IMG/VR virus record: IMGVR_UViG_3300037742_000067
Location: 1-48,012 of that record
Source: a virus
Taxonomy: Duplodnaviria; Caudoviricetes
Direction: 5' to 3' (one strand)
Length of the DNA stretch: 48,012 bases
Shown: positions 45,436 to 48,012 of the stretch, one piece after another
How positions within the stretch are numbered: the stretch's first letter is position 1
Layout: every line of letters begins with the position of its first letter
Made by a program: the position numbers and the translations under genes
The notes under the pieces: generated by a model
Databases searched by the model: none
What the model was told of the DNA's origin: nothing
The model's input: only the letters and a program-made list of their open reading frames with translations

Positions 45436-45494
45436 GGTCGCTCCCCGGTTGAGACTGCGCTTTCCCAAGCCACCTCCCTCGGCCGGGGGGCACC
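45436..45494 (+). ncRNA. Putative hairpin sRNA with anti-SD loop
   Basis: 14-bp stem with three G.U pairs on the + strand; loop ACUGCGCUUUCCCAAGCCACCUCC; extended -10 TG-A-TATGCT at 45425-45433. Confidence 0.4.
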
Positions 45495-45793
45495 TACCAG
45501 GTCTTAAGGCTGATCGCCTTGCCGCAGTGCGCTTGGAACGCCTCGTTGTTCAGCTCGAGGCACGGGAGAGAGCGAATCCACGGGAGGCAGCTACCGTTGA
45601 GCTCATCGGCGTCGAACGAGTAGGCCCTGCCGCACACGGCGTCCTGGTCGGGCATGGTCGCCTCGAACCCGCATGCCACGGCGGTCTCCTCCCACGCCTC
45701 GCCGATCGAGCGGCACGCGCGCTCCGCGTCAGAATCGGGCACTGCGGCGCAACCAGCCAGGCTACTCGCCAGGAGGAAAGTCCATTTCTTCAT
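45494..45793 (-). CDS. Small Cys-rich lipoprotein
   Basis: MKKWTFLLASSLAGC lipobox plus six further Cys. Confidence 0.75.
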   Translation of the reverse strand: MKKWTFLLASSLAGCAAVPDSDAERACRSIGEAWEETAVACGFEATMPDQDAVCGRAYSFDADELNGSCLPWIRSLPCLELNNEAFQAHCGKAISLKTW

Positions 45794-45917
45794 CGCTCTC
45801 TTGCAGCTCCTCAGTCCCCATGTACGTGAACAGTAGCCCGCAGAACTCGCAGACCGAAGGATTGGAGAGCAGGTAGCAATGGATGCCTTCCGGCTCGATG
45901 GGGCACTTCGGCCTCAT
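45762..45917 (-). CDS. Small zinc-binding acidic protein (51 aa)
   Basis: ATG 45917 coupled to upstream stop; C..H...CEFCG. Confidence 0.55.
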   Translation of the reverse strand: MRPKCPIEPEGIHCYLLSNPSVCEFCGLLFTYMGTEELQESDEEMDFPPGE

Positions 45918-46330
45918 CGTTCGCTCCACGGGCCGTGTTTCATGAGCGGGGCCGAGGACGTCTCGAACCCGGCGCGTTTCAGCATCTTCTCCATGCCGCG
46001 GCTCACCGGGAAGCAGAGCATGGTCTTCTTCCTCATCGCTCCGTAAGCCGTCAGAGCTTGGGCGCCGAAGAGCATCGCCTCGTAGGCGAGCTTCAGGGAG
46101 GCGCGCGGATTGGTCGCAGCGTACTCCACGACGGCGTACGGGCCGTCGCACGGGTAGACGCAGCACCCAGCGACGAGACCGGGGCCGTCGAGGGCAACGA
46201 AAACGCCGTCTGACACGTAGGGTGGCGGTCTGATGCCCCTGTCGGTAAACCAAGAGCAGAACTCTCTCCAGATACGGTCATCGATGCCGACGATCAAGAA
46301 GCCCGGGTCAGGTCGTACGACGCCCATCAC
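45914..46330 (-). CDS. GNAT-fold acetyltransferase-like protein
   Basis: VFVA....LVAG..V......VEY..TNP...and terminal KMLKRAGF. Confidence 0.55.
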   Translation of the reverse strand: MMGVVRPDPGFLIVGIDDRIWREFCSWFTDRGIRPPPYVSDGVFVALDGPGLVAGCCVYPCDGPYAVVEYAATNPRASLKLAYEAMLFGAQALTAYGAMRKKTMLCFPVSRGMEKMLKRAGFETSSAPLMKHGPWSER

Positions 46331-46667
46331 GCTCCGAACTCTTGCGGTTCATCTGGGAATTCGTCGTCAGGACGCGCTGCGGTTGCAGCGGAAGTTTGCG
46401 AAGCGGTTCCCGCCGCCTGGTCGTGCCAGTTGGTCCCTTGTATTACGCAAGGGCACACTGACGCGGAAGCCGCGGGAGCGGGTTTACATTCGGCTTTCGC
46501 GGGAGCAGGTGAAGTGGTTTCTGCGGCACTACTACCGATGGCGAGGGGAGAACTACGAGAGTCAAACACGTAGTACGCGAAGCGGCCCACACTCGACTGG
46601 AGATAGGCGAGGCATTTGCCGCAATCCTCTGGAAGAGGGACGATCGCGTTCATTCTCCGCACGATGA
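46284..46667 (+). CDS. Antisense winged-HTH (Rha-like) protein
   Basis: TLRTLAVHLGIRRQDALRL HTH-like segment plus VYIRLSREQVKWFL; G-ending codons in this frame. Confidence 0.5.
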   Translation: MPTIKKPGSGRTTPITLRTLAVHLGIRRQDALRLQRKFAKRFPPPGRASWSLVLRKGTLTRKPRERVYIRLSREQVKWFLRHYYRWRGENYESQTRSTRSGPHSTGDRRGICRNPLEEGRSRSFSAR

Positions 46668-46887
46668 AGACGCGCCGAGCGAATTTAGGCTTCGTCGGTG
46701 ACCCGCGATCCTTCACAGCCACGACGATGGTCTCTACCAGCCTGAATTGGGCGTTGCTGGTGTAGTCCTTGCGCAGCGCGACGTTGGCGATTCCTGCCTT
46801 CGCGTCAAAGTGCTCGACCCAGACGGCCTCCGCTGCTCCGGAGAAGTCGGTAGGGAACTCGAACTCGCGCAGGAAGGTGTCGTTCAC
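46327..46887 (-). CDS. Hypothetical protein with low-complexity C-terminal extension
   Basis: High GC3 over the first ~110 codons; GTGA coupling at both ends. Confidence 0.65.
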   Translation of the reverse strand: MNDTFLREFEFPTDFSGAAEAVWVEHFDAKAGIANVALRKDYTSNAQFRLVETIVVAVKDRGSPTKPKFARRVFIVRRMNAIVPLPEDCGKCLAYLQSSVGRFAYYVFDSRSSPLAIGSSAAETTSPAPAKAECKPAPAASASVCPCVIQGTNWHDQAAGTASQTSAATAARPDDEFPDEPQEFGA

Positions 46888-47558
46888 GGCTTACCTTCCA
46901 GCTTGTCGATGTCCACGTGCCCGTTCGTCGCGGCGAATAGCGCTTCAGCTAGCTTGAGAGTGCGCGCTTCGGCGGCTTCGGCTCTCTTCTCCAGCGCACC
47001 CTGGATGGCGACTGCACCGGCTCGCATCTTCTCCGCCTCGGCCAGCTTCGCTTCCAGCTTGTCGACTGTGTTCTTGTGGATTAGACGCCAGTACTCAGCC
47101 TCGGCCAGCTTCGCGCGCGTCTGCTCAAGCTCGACGACGTAAGCGTCGCGGTCGGCACGAAGCTCGCCGTTCGACGCGTCCGCAGCCTCGAACATCGACT
47201 TGTAGAGCCGAACATCGTCGCGCAGCTCGAGCACCATGTCGTTCCAGCCACCCTTACCCTTGACGGCGACCATCCACTCGACGTTCTCTGCGCGCAGCTC
47301 GTCCACCATGCGAAGGAGGGCGCGTCCTGCGACGCGCAGATCCATCGAACTTGTCGTGGCGAACGGGGCGAACGCTGCACGCGCCGCCGCAAGCTCATCC
47401 GAACCGCACGAAGGAACGTCGCCCGGGCATGTATGACCGCCGGCATTGCTGGGCACCGCATTCCGCGACGCTCCTTCCTGAGGCTCACGATATGAGCAGC
47501 CCGTACCGCCGTCGCAATACTCAGTGTTTGGATGCACGTCGCAGCGTCGTTCGCTCAT
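46884..47558 (-). CDS. Coiled-coil hypothetical protein
   Basis: ATG 47558 with SD AAGGAG; AKLAEAE repeated. Confidence 0.7.
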   Translation of the reverse strand: MSERRCDVHPNTEYCDGGTGCSYREPQEGASRNAVPSNAGGHTCPGDVPSCGSDELAAARAAFAPFATTSSMDLRVAGRALLRMVDELRAENVEWMVAVKGKGGWNDMVLELRDDVRLYKSMFEAADASNGELRADRDAYVVELEQTRAKLAEAEYWRLIHKNTVDKLEAKLAEAEKMRAGAVAIQGALEKRAEAAEARTLKLAEALFAATNGHVDIDKLEGKP

Positions 47559-48012
47559 GACCGGCTCCTTCGTGCAGCCGCTCGGCGTTCGTGCTCCGTT
47601 CGGAATTCGGTTTTCATCTCCCGCCAGTCGTCTTCTGCCACGCGGGAAGCGGCGGGTTTCCACTGCTCGGCGCCTTCGCCAGCGTATCCGCTGATTGCCA
47701 CCGGCTTGACGAATTGTTGGAACAGCCAGTCTAGGCAGAACTCGCAGAGCGAAAACGTGTACTTGGTACAGTCGTCCAGCGCGCCGTAGCCATTGCCTGG
47801 AGTCGATTCGTATCCACCGTAAACTGTACAGTCGATAAGCCCGTGTGGCCCAGCAGCAGGGCTATCCTCATGTCCAAGCACGCTCGTTAGTCCGCAGAGG
47901 TTGCACAATGGCGCCACCTCGTCCGGCGCCGGCACTTCGGGCGGTCGGAGTGGCGCCTTCAGGTCATCGCAATCGAGATCACTCCAGTCACCCGGCATTG
48001 GCATCGGCACTT
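47555..48012 (-). CDS. 3' part of the junction-spanning Cys-rich protein
   Basis: CNLC...GGYES...D...Y.FSLCEFC. Confidence 0.8.
   Translation of the reverse strand, partial: VPMPMPGDWSDLDCDDLKAPLRPPEVPAPDEVAPLCNLCGLTSVLGHEDSPAAGPHGLIDCTVYGGYESTPGNGYGALDDCTKYTFSLCEFCLDWLFQQFVKPVAISGYAGEGAEQWKPAASRVAEDDWREMKTEFRTEHERRAAARRSRS
47891..48012 (+). repeat. Terminal direct repeat, copy 2
   Basis: Matches 1-122 with one mismatch. Confidence 0.97.

Larger units (their letters stand above)
1..48012. mobile_element. Complete circularly permuted tailed phage genome (podovirus-like)
   Basis: Terminal 122-nt overlap; TerL, portal, scaffold, capsid, adaptor, nozzle and ejection genes in order; no tail tube or sheath genes; no host housekeeping genes. 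Confidence 0.93.

Noticed and set aside
1-48012. tRNA genes, integrase/att site, stop-codon reassignment
   Set aside because: No cloverleaf or recombinase motifs recognised by eye; core genes are intact in the standard code and all three stop codons are used

Overview
The window looks like one complete, circularly permuted ~47.9 kb high-GC tailed phage genome of the short-tailed (podovirus-like) type. The first and last 122 nt repeat with one mismatch, and a gene reads across the join. There are two divergent arms that start from a ~750 bp non-coding control region (4790-5547) and meet at 15047/15048. The + arm carries early and DNA-metabolism genes: DUF932-like, pentapeptide repeat, ERF annealing protein, Cas4-like nuclease, ParB-like, SF2 helicase, a stand-alone DnaB N-terminal-like domain and an HNH-like protein. 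The - arm carries accessory genes, an SLT endolysin, terminase, portal, a GroES-like protein, scaffold, capsid, adaptor, nozzle, four beta-helix proteins, ejection proteins and membrane/lipoprotein genes. I recognised no integrase, CI-type repressor, DNA polymerase, primase, tRNA or CRISPR array. The Cys-rich lipoproteins and a sigma54-like promoter suggest a Myxococcota-like host (inference only). The best candidates for new biology are: (1) a putative antisense hairpin sRNA at ~45440-45494 whose loop is complementary to SD/AUG-GGA-AAG start regions shared by several phage genes; (2) a set of leaderless sigma70-type promoters sharing a CTCAYG operator, probably controlled by a ribbon-helix-helix repressor; (3) a sigma54 promoter with enhancer-like palindromes; (4) a hidden antisense HTH gene; (5) a low-complexity ejection-protein cluster with a Gly/Pro/Met protein, a shared MAAMLAR C-terminal tag and 28-aa/50-aa repeats. 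All family calls are from motif recognition by eye; no searches were run.
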